A stretch of 64,000 nucleotides of DNA from Tubulanus polymorphus. Lineage: Eukaryota > Animalia > Nemertea. Within the stretch, counting starts at the first letter, position 1; each line of letters opens with the position of its first letter. The position numbers were made by a program, and so were the translations under genes. Positions 39,001 to 53,100 of this stretch are shown one piece after another. Location of the stretch: contig NC_134027.1 of NCBI RefSeq assembly GCF_964204645.1, positions 23,274,560 to 23,338,559 on the forward strand. The letters are read 5' to 3'. The notes beneath the pieces were generated by a model. It had not been told where the DNA came from and made no database searches. It saw only the letters and a list, made by a program, of their open reading frames with translations.

Positions 39001-40699
39001 AATTAAGGTTCGAAACATAGATTACAGCTATTCTACTGATAATGTTCTCATAATCATAGAGTGTATTGGTTGTGAGGAAAGTAACTGTATCAATATCAGC
39101 TACGAGCGAAAAAAAGAAAAATCATCTTTATTTCTTACCAATATTAGCTGGTTATACGGAAGCCCATTGGTAACATAACGAGATCTAATCTTTTTCATGA
39201 TTTCGACTATGATCGAGCAAAACATTTCAATGAAAATGACAGGGGCAACCCCAAAGGGAAGGGGTCCGGACCGCAGAGACCCCCCTCCCTAGATCCGCCC
39301 TTGAAGTCACGCATATTTTTCATGTTTGAAACCAGAATGCATATTTTGTAGTGATAATCTTTCAATTTCAGCTCAGAATATGTTCAGAGATTCTGTAAGT
39401 ATCAATGTCATGTATTTCACCAATGGGGCACTGAATGGTCAAATTGTCGAGATTGGGATTGTCGAGCATTGCAGTGCCACTTCCTTAATGGGCACGGCAT
39501 CCGTGGACCCTCGTTTGTTTTTTTTTTCTTTTGTTGAAATGCCTGCATTCCATGATGTCCCACTAGGGAGTAGGTTGTTTTGATGTTTAATGATTAAGTT
39601 ATAATGTCTGTTGTTTTTGTGTAGTTAGTGAGTTCATTGTTAGATTTCCCATAATACCAGTATCAACTGACAGACACGTGTTTGTACGATACTTAGCACT
39701 GATCTATTTCGCTGTGTCCCCGAATTGTCTAAGCATCTATCTTACCAGCGGCTTGTTGAATATTTCTAAGACAATGTTCAATATAACATTGGATTACTCA
39801 TTTCAACTATAAAAGTCGGAGCGAGAGTGAGCATAACCGACAATCCAATATTCCGCATAGAGCAGTAACTATATTGTTCATTGTTTATGTTCAATAAACA
39901 CCGCCTTCTGCGCATTGGTGTTTTTGAATTTGTGATTTTAAAAAAAACTCTGCAATTCATCTATATTAAAAAAGCATTTACTCTACGCCTATAAGTCGTT
40001 ATTCATTTAGTTTCAGCGCCTGTGGTCCTTGTCCTCCGAGGAGAGTCAACTTCATAATACAACGTACTGTTTCAGACACTTCGATGCTTTTATTTCCATT
40101 CAAACGAAGTTAACTAAAACATCACTCCCCCTCGAATAACCGCCAAAAAGCAGGAGGAACTAGAGAATTCATACCATTAGTACTTATTTTTGATAATTCG
40201 TAATCTAATCATTTTGAGTTAATAATCCAACGTGTATAAAGATGCCCCGGTGAACGCTGACTTGAACCAGTCGAATTGTCTGTATTTTTACTGAAATAGA
40301 AATACCACGTGTTTCTTTTGTTCACGGTGTCTGATTAGCTGCCGGACTCATGGTTTGACCGAAAAATCGCTTTCTGTACGAATACCGCATCGTTGGTTCC
40401 ACACTATATTTGATCGGTCCCCTGACTGTTTATTACAAGCTGTTTTAGCAACTTATATCGCCTGCAACCTCATCCATACCTCTCGGATACGGTTCTAAAA
40501 ACTCGCGTTAACGATGTCTGCCGATGGATAAGATACGTTAAGTTGGAATCTACGTTTACCTCTCGAATAAAGTGAACCACGAACAAAACTAAGGAGAAAC
40601 CGATGAATTTGAATATTTAGACTTTATTCATAGCTTTTTGACGTCTCCGAAAGTTACGTACATTCGGAACAGTAGTCCATGCGTTTTAGTTGAACCCTT

Positions 40700-41952
40700 T
40701 TAACGACCAACGCTGGGACCGGTACTACAAGTACCGCCCAAGCATCTTAGCCCGTTACAACAACCTCCAGCGCTTATCCCGGTGCATCCTGTCTCACCCT
40801 TTTGAAGGCAAGCTGAAAAATCATTTCAACCGATCATTTGTTGAACCACTGATTTAATTAAAATCTATGGTTTATACTGAGGTGGATTATTTGCTGGAAG
40901 CAGGGAATAGTAAAAGAATTAGATAGTTGAGACTGTTTTCAGTCTGGAATATAGTCCTTTTACCCACAATATAAATTCAACAAACAGTTAGTTATTACTT
41001 TTGTCCTGACGTTTCCGGAGGATTACTTTCACCAAACTTCGGAGATTTAACATTTGAGATTGCTATCATTCATCATTAATTATTTGATTTATTTGATTCA
41101 TGCAAATCAATCTCTGAAGATGGATGTAAGTAATCCTCCCGAAACGTCAGAACAGTAAAAGAAGTCACAATGTTAGCGATGTAGATCTGATGAAATGTGT
41201 CGAAATAGCAAATAATATTATGACGCCTTCAATTCGTAATATTCTAAACCCGAATCCATACCTATACAATATATCCTTTTTATGTCTATCACAGGCTCAA
41301 CATTGCAATAGTCGGGAAAAGTATCTTACAGAAAGGCGAAAAGATGCTTTTTGCCTCGCAAAGTTTTTATTACCAAAATTATTCAGTTCAAAAAAAAAAA
41401 CTAAAATAATTGCCCGCAGCATGTTCGATATTACTCTCATGTCGCATTGTTGCACATTTTGAACGATCAATTTTACATTTAAAACAACTAGATATATTCC
41501 ATGTAATCTGAATGTTGCCAAAGTCGTCAAAATACCGGTGAAATATGTTTATGATGTATAATAAACCAAACTAACGAACTGTATTACGAAAGCGTCTTGG
41601 GGATTGATATTCGCAAAATAGAACAATTTTAGCGTTTAATCTGTGTAAGCAACTTGAATTAATTTTCTTTCGATGATTATTAGATTAAAACGATCGGAAT
41701 ATACTTTTTGACTACTGTAGCTCATCCCGAGTTGCTAAATCGGAACGCATCTCCAAAATCGCGCTCTTCAGTGAGAAACAAAACTGTCAAATCTATTCAA
41801 ATTTACTAAGTCGGAATAAATCTCGAAATGCTTCTCTTGCAAATATTTCCCCAAACGAACGGGATTGTTTACTCACCATAGCCGCTCATCGCGCACATTG
41901 CCAAAACTCCCAATAACAGGATCAATCTCGCTACAGTAATCATGTTCATCAT
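40700..41952 (-). CDS. Secreted ICK/knottin-type peptide precursor, copy 2 (B type)
   Basis: Exons 41952-41877 and 40812-40700: MMNMITVARLILLLGVLAMCAMSGYA-CLQKGETGCTGISAGGCCNGLRCLGGTCSTGPSVGR*. Confidence 0.88.
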
Positions 41953-42861
41953 ATCGGTTTGCGTCTAACGTTTCTAAAAATGATGATTGTATCCTTTTCA
42001 GAATAGTTAAGTCTCAACTAAAAGAGTAACCATTTCGAATACGAGAAGCTTGAAGTCTTGTTATCGATGTAATGGTTGTTGATATGAATACGTTTTTGTT
42101 CTTTGAATATGTGGCCGATTCGCACCTCATTAAAAGATTTCAATCATTTTATACATTTTTACATTTTGTTTTAATCCACGTTAAAACCAATTTTGTTTAA
42201 AAGTAGTGATTTTCGTTTTAACGCCCAAGTTAAAACTAACTTTTTTATTTTTAAGCGACTTCGGGCTAGGCCTAAACCAAAAGAACAATATCATGACACT
42301 TAATATCAACTAAGTTCTTTAGATGACAAATAGTATAAGTTTTGGCGCGGCCTAAAATCGACATAAACCACGTTAAAACGAATATTTCGTTCAAACGCCC
42401 TTCAAAGCACAGAGCGTTTGATTTTGTGAAAATGTGTCGTTCAAACGAAAAGTGAAAAAGATTGATGGGGAAATTCAGCGACATTTTTTCTCTTTTCGAT
42501 GAGACACGAACCAGCCACCAACGTACCTAAGCCGAAATAGATATTTCAATAGACTATTGTAATGGTACCAGTTTGATAGAAAACCATTCTGAGAACCGTA
42601 CCTACCTTTTCGTTGAAAAAGAATGATGTCGACAACTTACCTCCAGCAGCAGGGTTTCCAGTTAGGGTGTTTTGCGACGCTGAATCCTGTACGTTTTATG
42701 GAATGCGAAGAGTTCCACTTACATATCGGGTTTCGAATGTTTCAGCACTTCTGGCACAAAATCAATTTGTATGATATTTGATCAGTGACTGCGGAACAAT
42801 CGCTGGTGACCAGATCGATATCGCTCACCAATTCGAATAATAACAAAATAGTGATCTCGGA

Positions 42862-42989
<128 letters not shown>

Positions 42990-44689
42990 AACCAATCCAT
43001 ATGGTACAGTTTTTCTTATCAGTTACGATGCCGCTAGTACCAATCGTCGTGGATACGAGTTCTAAACGTTGGCCTCAAGTTTGACACCCGATGTAGGACA
43101 GGTTTTAGTTTAGGTTGCTTTTAACTACGGCTTAGTAAAAATGAATTCCAAACGATGGTATTTTTGCGATGGTTAAAAAGAATAGAAAGTGAGTTAGTTT
43201 TTTGTTTCGGTAGCAGTTGTGTAAAAGGAAAAAAGCTGTGTAAAAATACCTTCATATACTCCGAACACGGTTAACCTCGATATGAAATCTACAAATATAC
43301 TTTAACTCGTTGGCGATATGAAAATTCTTCTATTTTTGGCAAAAGTATACATAGTCTTTCTAACCTTGCCGCTAAATTTTCGATGAAATCAATAGCATAT
43401 CGTTAAGATCTACAAATACCCCACCATTGTGTTAATGAATCAACGTTAAAAAAGCACTTATCAAATCGGGTGGTACAAATCCAATTGAAATTGAATTCAG
43501 ATTCGGTCCCCGGATTTAGGAATCCAAAACACATCAATTCAAAGTAAATTTTATTGAGCTAAGCGCCAGTAGATAATTCCGGGGACCACGTCGTGATATG
43601 TCATGTTAACGTCGCTATGCAGTCACCATATCAGGTTAGAAACGCCGAAAATAAGTCTGATTTATTTCATTTCAATTATATTCCCTCTAATGTTTGCATA
43701 TCAAGCCTTAAGACGCAATATTCGTTTAAAATCGGTTTGCAATCATTGTTTGGGTTTGAAGGAAAACCGTCCTTGTTCATATCGGTTTACAAGCCGATTT
43801 TGACGAGCCAGTGTCTTCACACAGTCTTCACACAAACAAGGTGAGCGGTTTGCAACATCACAATCCGACTTTTCAAAAATGACGAGCCTTATAGAAGTGA
43901 TGCTTCTTGCTGGTAACACTATCATCAGCCATTTTGGAATTACCCACAGTAAACTATCGCAATTTGTTTTTGCTACGCCAAACCGGCTTGGGAAGCAATA
44001 AACCGATGTTAAAACCGGTTCTACAAACCGATCTTTAAAAATGCATCCTCGATTTTAGGCAGAAAACCCCTTATCGTTGCTCTGCATTATATTTTGGTTT
44101 TGTGTTCACGACACGACGGAGTATCCGGTTCGTGGGGTATCACGAATCAAAAGAAAGAAATACCAGATAAACTGCAAATTAATTAACTACATTAAAAACG
44201 CCATTTACAGCTTCGAATGTTTCAGCACTTCTGACATTAAATCAATTTATGCTATATTTGATCAGCAACTTACTGTGGAACAATGGTTGGCGATAAGATC
44301 GATACCACTCAACCAACAGCCGTTTAACGGACAAATGTCACCAATTCGAATAACAAAAAAGTGACCTTGGATGGTAGATTTATCAAACCAATCGATATTG
44401 TGGAACATTTGTCCACATATCAGTTTCTTGTCCGCTATGGATCCATCATCATTGGTATGAGTTCTTTCTAAACGATTGCCTATTGTTTGACACCCGATGT
44501 CGGACTAGTTTTAGATTGCTTTTAACTACTGCATGCAGGAGTTGAAAACTAAAACCGTGCATTGGCTGTAAAAAAACATGCGCTGTTATAGATTCATGAC
44601 AAAACGGCTCGCATAGTGAAGGTGAATTCAAAGCGTGTTTTTGCGATGGTTTAAAAAGAAAAAGAAGCGATTAGACGAGAAGATACACA

Positions 44690-44932
44690 ATATCCGTGTA
44701 TGGTGATGGCGAGAGAAATCCCAACGAAGTACGCCTGATGATGGCTAACAGTTGTTAGCCGAAACGTCGCTCCTCAAATACAATCACTCTGGTATAGAAT
44801 TTTCAATCTTTGCTTCGTTATTGTCATCTTCACCCGTCAAGGGATTCGAACCCACTACGCTAAAGCTGTTCCCCGAACCCCTTGACCTCACGAGTCGTTG
44901 GAGTCGTTACTAGCCGACCAGAATCCGGGCGT
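44690..44932 (-). mobile_element. Putative tRNA-derived SINE-like fragment with a hammerhead-like motif at its tail
   Basis: Minus strand starts GCCCGGAT and carries a B box GGGTTCGAATCCC; the plus strand has CTGATGA-hairpin-GAAACGTC at 44735-44768. Second copy at about 58810-59058. Confidence 0.4.
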
Positions 44933-47900
44933 ACCAATCACAGCGCTTGTAACAAACCGTCAGTAGACTTCCGTTGGTTTTCCCGTTAAATTGACCAATC
45001 AGCGAACGTTTTACCGAACAAGGAAGTATTTCGCAAATCGATATATGACGTCACGCGCAACAGCGCCAGTAATGAAATCACGCTTCGTGAGGCTAGGGGG
45101 CTGGTGGAAGCGAGTTCGGGAGTGATACCGGACCCCTGGCTAGCGAGGATCCGTTATTGTGGGATTTCTCTCGTCAAGAAGAAGCGAGTTCGTTTTTTTC
45201 TTTGTCGCAGCTGTGTAAAAGGATTATCTAAAAAATATAAGTTCATATAAACCGGTTACTTCGATATGAAATCCACACATATTTATCGAACTCTTAGCCA
45301 AACCGACATGGAAATCCTTCGATTCCAAACACTTATAGAAAATGAATGAATCTTCTATAGAAACACTGTACATGTACTTTGAAATGCACTTGATCTCAGG
45401 ATTCTCACTAAACATTTATACATTCAGGAGAATTAAACATCATCTAATAATGGATAAACCTTTCTTTTTCTAATATTCCGAATTATCAATATACGTAATG
45501 TTGATCTGAATTTTTGTGTCGCTTTTCGCTATACCTATGATTTTCAAATGAACGCGGTCGGGTGTGTGTTCAGCCTGTGTACTCGTTCCAGTGTCGTGGG
45601 GTTCTCTGAAAATAAACCTGCTGATCTGCGGATAACAGCGGAATCGGTTGATTTCAAACATCTAGTTATTGGTGACTTGTTCTGGCTAAATCGACTGTTA
45701 TTGATCAAATAATCGGATTCTAAGAGCGCGGCGGGCTTTTACATGATTTTACATGATTTTCACTTTTCTTTCGAATTAAGCATTCACTATAGTTTTTATT
45801 GATATTCGTCGATAAGGATCTAACAGATAGATGGAGCTTTAGATTTTCTATTGCGTTCACTTGTCATCGTCAGTTGTTTGTCCGTTGACGGATGGAAGTG
45901 CATTTTATTACCGCAGTTAGATTCCGAAATGAATGAGTTTCGCTCTTGTTCCGGTCGAAAGTAAGTTTGTTTCTATGTTTAAGCGTTTGTTAGCGCCCTA
46001 GTGTAGTAAGTGAGGTCCTCTTTAGATTTGAATGCATCCAGTATTTTTGTTTAAATCGAAGCAAATAATTGGGAAATTCGGTTCCGGTTCATCCAAACTA
46101 TCTCTGAACCTGTCTGAAACGGCAGGCGACTGATAGGAGTTTAAGGGGTTCCGGCAACACTACTTGTGGCAAGCGGAATTCCACCATAATCGCTATAAGT
46201 GTACTGTACGACGTCGACGCTGCTTTTCTTCTCAAACTCAATTAAAATCTAACAATAATTTCTCGAATTCTATGCATGATATATGAAAATCGTGGCACAT
46301 ATGAACTCTAAAGACTAATCAGAGTTTATTTCGATGCGTGATTTGCCCAAAATTTGTATTGGAAGACCGAAAATTGAGATCAAAGTTACTTGAAAATAAA
46401 CTAATTTTGATCGTGTGCGTCTGATATCTCAGTGGCGATATCTGACGTGATAGTTGAAGTATCTCGTATCATAAACCATTTGATTTTTGAATGTTTCAAG
46501 TACATACCACCATTACGTTAAATGATAAAGGTTTTGAACCTGCGCCTAACGCGGATAAACTGAGACCGGCGAAATAAGTCCGAATTAAGGTTCGAAACAT
46601 AGATTACAGCTATTCTACTGGTAATGTTCTCATTATCATAGAGTGTATTGGTTGTGAGGAAAGTAACTGTATCAATATCAGCTACGAGCGAAAAAAAAAG
46701 AAAAATCATCTTTATTTCTTACCAATATTAGCTGGTTATACGGAAGCCCATTGGTGACATAACGAGATCTAATCTTTTTCATGATTTCGACTATGATCGA
46801 GCAAAACACTTCAATGAAAATGACAGGGGCAACCCCAAAGGGAAGGGGTCCGGAGCGCAGAGACCCCCCCTCCCTAGATCCGCCCTTGAAGTCACGCATA
46901 TTTTTCATGTTTGAAACCAGAATGCATATTTTGTAGTGATAATCTTTCAATTTCAGCTCAGAATACATTCAGAGATTCTGTAAGTATCAATGTCATGTAT
47001 TTCACCAATGGGGCACTGAATGGTCAAATTGTCGAGATTGGGATTGTCGAGCATTGCAGTGCCACTTCCTTAATGGGCACGGCATCCGTGGACCCTCGTT
47101 TGTTTTTCTTTCTTTTTTTGAAATGCCTGCACTCCATGCTGTCCCACTAGGGAGTAGGTTGTTTTGATGTTTAATGATTAAGTTATAATGTCTGTTGTTT
47201 TTGTGTAGTTAGTGAGTTCATTGTTAGATTTCCCTATAATACCAGTATCAACTGACAGACACGTATTTGTACGATACTTAGCACTGATCTATTTCGCTGC
47301 GTCCCCGAATTGTCTAAGCATCTATCTTACCAGCGGCTTGTTGAATATTTCTAAGACAATGTTCAATATAACATTGGATTACTCATTTCAACTATAAAAG
47401 TCGGAGCGAGAGTGAGCATAACCGACAATCCAATATTCCGCATAGAGCAGTAACTATATTGTTCATTGTTTATGTTCAATAAACACCGCCTTCTGCGCAT
47501 TGGTGTTTTTGAATTTGTGATTTAAAAAAAAACTCTGCAATTTATCTATATTAAAAAAGCATTTACTCTACGCCTATAAGTCGTTATTCATTTAGTTTCA
47601 GCGCCTGTGGTCCTTGTCCTCCGAGGAGAGTCAACTTCATAATACAACGTACTGTTTCAGACACTTCGATGCTTTTATTTCCATTCAAACGAAGTTAACT
47701 AAAACATCACTCCCCCTCGAATAACCGCCAAAAAGCAGGAGGAACTAGAGAATTCATACCATTAGTACTTATTTTTGATAATTTGTATTCTAGTCATTTT
47801 GAGTATATAATCCAACGTATATAAAGATGCCCCGGTGAACGCTGACTTTAACCAGTCGAACCAGTCGGTGTCTGATTAGCTGCCGGACTCATGATTTCGT

Positions 47901-48092
47901 TACCGATGACTGCCGATGGATAAGATGCGTTAAGTTGGAATCTACGCTTTCTTCTTGGATAAAGTGAACCACGAACAAAACAAAGGAGAAACCGATGAAT
48001 CTAAATATTTAGATTTTATTTCATAGCTTTTTGGCGTCTCCGAAGGTTACGTACATTCGGAACGGTAGTCCATGCGTTTTAGTTGAACCCTT

Positions 48093-49363
48093 TTAACGGC
48101 CAACGTTGGCGATACCACAAGTACCGCCCGAGCATCTTAGCCCTCTACAACAACCTCCATATATCCCGGTGCATCCTGTCTGACCCTTTTGAAGGCAAGC
48201 TGTAAAATTATTTCAACCGATCATTTAGAAATTATTGTTTATACAGAGGCGAATTATTTGCTGGAAGCAGTGAATAGTAAAAGAAGGGTAAATTGCCTAT
48301 CAAAATGTAAGTGATGTAGATCTGATGGAGTTTGTGGAAATACAAATGATATTGCGATGGTGCAAAATTTATAATTCTAAATCAAATCAAATCAACATGT
48401 ACGTAAGCAAAATATTCTTTTAAAGTTTATTCACAAATCCGCAGAGTAGGAGAGAAAAAGTGACTAGGCTGAAAAAAATTCTGATGGCAGGCCGATTCTT
48501 TAAAAACAAGTCGAAATCATTCGGCAAAAAATAAGAAATCCGGCCTGCCGATACCTATCAGTTACGTACGGAAGCGATAAGGGGCCTCGAGATGTCGCGT
48601 TCCAACTCGACAAGTCGCCATATTTATGTCGACATATTGCGATATATCGCGTCAAGTCGACATGAATATGTCGACAAATCGTGACGTTTTCACGATAAAT
48701 TTCGCTTTTTCGCCAATTTTCCACGGGACAGACCGTCATTTGAAGACATGTCTAAATGTAAGATGTGGACGCCAGTGATTTGACGACTGAGTTTCAAGGG
48801 TCATGAATATGTGGACTTGTCGCGAGGAAAGTGGTCGAGAAAGCGAAATTTGTCGTGAAAACGTCACGATATGACGACATATTCATGTCGACTTGATGCG
48901 ATATATCGCGACTTGACGAGTTGGAACGCGACAACTCGAGGCCCCTTATCGCTTCCGTATTATCTAAATACTCTTCATTTGCATAACTATACGACGCTAC
49001 AGAAGCTTGCTGGGGACATGAGATGAAAAATATTTCGAAATTGATTTAGACATAATACCTCAACAAAAAGAAACGATTTCGATTGAGTTAAAGTTAGTCG
49101 ATTTTATTCCGCGTCAGAATGTAATGTCAGAATTAATTTCGAAAATATGTTTTTCTCATATCCCCAGGACGCTTACGTATACGAAGCTTTGTAAAACAGT
49201 AAATATATTTTGCATCTACACTCCTCGTGTAAGTTTGATTTACGATGAATAATGAATTAAACTAATCGAGCATGATTATTTACTCACCATAGCTGCTCAT
49301 CGCACACATTGCCAAAACTCCCAATAACAGGATCAATCTGGCTACAGTAATCATGTTCATCAT
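48093..49363 (-). CDS. Secreted ICK/knottin-type peptide precursor, copy 3 (A type, two in-frame one-codon deletions)
   Basis: Exons 49363-49288 and 48199-48093: MMNMITVARLILLLGVLAMCAMSSYA-CLQKGQTGCTGIYGGCCRGLRCSGGTCGIANVGR*. Confidence 0.88.
48567..48959. mobile_element. Palindromic MITE, same family as 35660
   Basis: tacggaagcgataaggggcctcgag ... ctcgaggccccttatcgcttccgta; present only in the coding intron of copy 3. Confidence 0.85.
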
Positions 49364-49524
49364 ATCGGTTTGCGTCTAATGTTTCTAGAAATTAACAACA
49401 GTCAGTTTAGAATGCGTAGGATTAACAACTTCAAATACAAAAAGGTGGAAATATTCTGCTGTTGTTATAATAGATATCATAAACATTTATATTAAGCGTT
49501 CAGTCATTTATACGAAGCGATAAG

Positions 49525-50185
49525 TACGGAAGCGATAAAGGGCCTCGAGTTGTCGCGTTCCAACTCGACAAGTCGCCATATTTATGTCGACATACCGCGA
49601 TATATCGCGTCAAGTCGACATGAATATGTCGCTATATCGTGACGTTTTAACGACATATTTCGCTTTCTCGACCATTTTCCTCGCGACAAGTCGACATATT
49701 CATGACGACTTGTAACTCAGTCGTCATATCACTGGCGTCCTCATCTTACATTTAGACGTGTCTTCAAATGACGGCTTGTCCCGTGGAAAATGGGCGAAAA
49801 AGCGAAATTTGTCGTGAAAACGTCACGATATGTCGACATATTCATGTCGACTTGACGCGATATATCGCGATATATCGACATAAATATGGCGACTTGTCGA
49901 GTTGGAACGCGACAACTCGAGGCCCTTTATCGCTTCCGTAATTTGGAGACACGTCTAAATGTAAGATGAGGACGCCAGTGACATGACGACTGAGTTTCAA
50001 GTCGTCATGAATATGTCGACTTGTCGCGAGGAAAGTGGTCGAGAGAACGAAATATGTCGTCAAAACGTCACGATATATCGACATATTCATGTCGACTTGA
50101 CGCGATATATCGCGGTATGTCGACATAAAAATGGCGACTTGTCGAGTTGGAACGTGACATCTCGAGGCCCTTTATCGCTTCCGTA
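49525..50185. mobile_element. One complete plus one half copy of the same MITE
   Basis: Complete copy 49525-49940 in the opposite orientation to 35660, followed by a right-arm remnant at about 49946-50185. Confidence 0.8.
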
Positions 50186-53100
50186 TTATTGCTTCCGTAC
50201 TTCATCGTTTCCGTAGTATAGTGTCGGACAACTTACCTTCAACAGAGTTTGCAATTCGAATACTTGTTGAAATTATTACTAACATTTATGGAATATGATG
50301 GTTTCCACTTAGATATTGCATTTCGAAAATTTCATCTGACTTCTAACATAAAATCAATTATTTTGTTTCACAAGTGAGAGCAAAATTGTCGTTAGCGGAC
50401 GGAAAATTGAGATAAATTACCACTCCGCCACCGTCTGTTAAAACAGATGCAGCGTCACCAAATGAGTAACAAAAGCCGACAATAGATGTGCATTCTAGAC
50501 ATATCATATAAACTCAAGTACATTTTCTCTATAAGCTGAGTAAACTATGCCTTGCTGGTGAAATTAAATGTGAACTGTTATTCTAAACTTCACACAAAAA
50601 TCCATATATTTATTATTCATCATATCGGTGATTAAAGATAATGTACGATCAAGAAACAAGCACCGAATTATATATCATCATTTCGACTCTTTTTAGATGA
50701 AACTGGTCAAAACGTTGGTTATACTGTCTCTCAGCCACACCGTTGACCATTTGGGCCAGTTTAAGATTGCTATTTAAAACAGCCGATATGTGTTAGTAAT
50801 TGAGGGACTTAGGTAAACACTGTGCATGCGATATGATTAGTTTCACAAACAAGATGAAAAATACTATTTCACTCGATCTCTGCCGTCTTTCCATATTTCA
50901 TGTAAGACGTTACTTGTGCACCGTGCGGCCCAGTCTAGGGGGCGGTTAATCGTCGTATTGTTTCGGTTATAACTAGCAAGTAGTGTAGAGTCAATAGTTG
51001 TATGTGTATGCTACGAGCAATCATCTCAAGATGAGATGATGACATGATTGCTCGGACTGTGAATGGGAGTAGATAGTGTGCGCAGTGTGCGCAGTGTGCG
51101 CACGATAGCGCACACTAGATGTATGCGTGTGCGGACTCTGTAGGGAAATGGCTCAAATGACGGGGTGAGAGTTTGAGAAGAAGTAAGAAAAAGCAGGTAG
51201 TTACTATCATTATGATACATGAGAATGTTAGGTCGAGTGAACGGGGAGTAGAAAGGGTAGCAGGGACTAAACATACCAAATATGGTAAGGTTAGAAGCGG
51301 GTGAGGTCATGGTTTGGGAATGTGAGAAATGTACAAATTAGTATGTAATTCAAAGGTTTTTGGCTCAGGGAAGATCAAAAGAACGAAGAGAGAATGCAAC
51401 TCGTAGGAAAATAATTAAGAAAGCAAAGCGTGATCATACTCTGAAAAAGAATTGTTAGTACTTAATACCTACTTGAAGAAGAAGAAGGCCGAGGTGGAAC
51501 AACCAGAATAAACAGGCAGATCACCGAGAAGAACAAGCTTCATAGAGGATCCAGTGGTGCAGTATTGGTCAACAACGTTAGATATGATACACGACACACA
51601 GGTTATTCAGGGGTTTCAGTCCCACAACAGTAGATATGATACTAAAATTGATATTTTGGTTCGAAGATAAAAATAAAACCACAGCACTTATTCATGGATG
51701 GTGATGTCGTATTCTACGTGTTACAAACCACCTCGAATTCAAAAATGTATGTCTCTGTTCATGTGAAGCATATGTACGTAGTTAAATTGAGTGAGTTCAA
51801 AATGTTCGGAAAACGTTGAGACGCAAGGTACAATATATGATATAAACCTGCAGATCTGCAGAACACAGCGGAATCGGTTGATTTCAAACATCTAGCGATT
51901 GGTGACTTGTTCTGGCTAAATCGACTGTTATTGATCAAATAATCGGATTCTAAGAGCGCGGCGGGCTTTTACATGATTTTCACTTTTCTTTCGAATTGAG
52001 CATTCACTATAGTTTATATTGATGTTCGTCGATAAGGATCTAACAGATAGATGAAGCTTTAGATTTTCTATTGCGTTTACTTGTCATCGTCAGTCGTTTG
52101 TCCGTTGACGGATGAAAGTGCTTTTCATTACCGCAGTTAGATTCCGAAATGAATTAGTTTCGCATATAGAACTTCAATCATTGAATAATTTGACGTTGTT
52201 CTGTCGATAATTCTGTGTACAAAAATTGTTTAACAAATACATAATTATACAACGATATTGTTCTTAAGTAAGTCTTTTGGAATTCCATTGTGATTAAGCA
52301 TTCTGAATATCACATTGAATTCGAAAGTTTTGTTCTTACCGCGGTACATTAAATGTCATTGGCGTCCGTACGTTTATTTTTCACCAGGGGGCGCTGGAGG
52401 GTGCAATTGTCGAGAGTTGGATTGTCGAGCATTTCGTTACCTTTTCCAAATTTGTCTCTAGACCGAAGAATCTTTTTGATTCCATGCACTTGTTCCGGTC
52501 GAAAGTAAGTTTGTTTCTATGTTTAAGCGTTTGTTAGCGCCCTAGTGTAGTAAGTGAGGTCCTCTTTAGATTTGAATGCATTCAGTATTTTTGTTTAAAT
52601 CGAAGCAAATAATTGGGAAATTCAGTTCATCCAAACTATCTCTGAACCTGTCTGAAACGGCAAGCGACTGATAGGAGTTAATGGGGTTCCGGCAACACTA
52701 CTTGTGGCAAGCGGAATTCCACCATAATCGCTATAAGTGTACTGTACGACGTCGACGCTGCTTTTCTTCTCAAACTCAATTAAAATCTAACAATAATTTC
52801 TCGAATTCTATGCATGATATATGAATATGGCACATATGAACTCTAAAGATGAATCGGAGTTTATTTCGATGCGTGATTTGCCCAAAATTTGGATTGGAAG
52901 ACCGAAAATTGAGATCAAAGTTACTTGAAAATAAACTAATTTTGATCGTGTGCGTCTGATATCTCAGTGGCGATATCTGACGTGATAGTTGAAGTATCTC
53001 GTATCATAAACCATTTGATTTTTGAATGTTTCAAGTACATACCACCATTACGTTAAATGATAAAGGTTTTGAACCTGCGCCTAACGCGGATAAACTGAGA

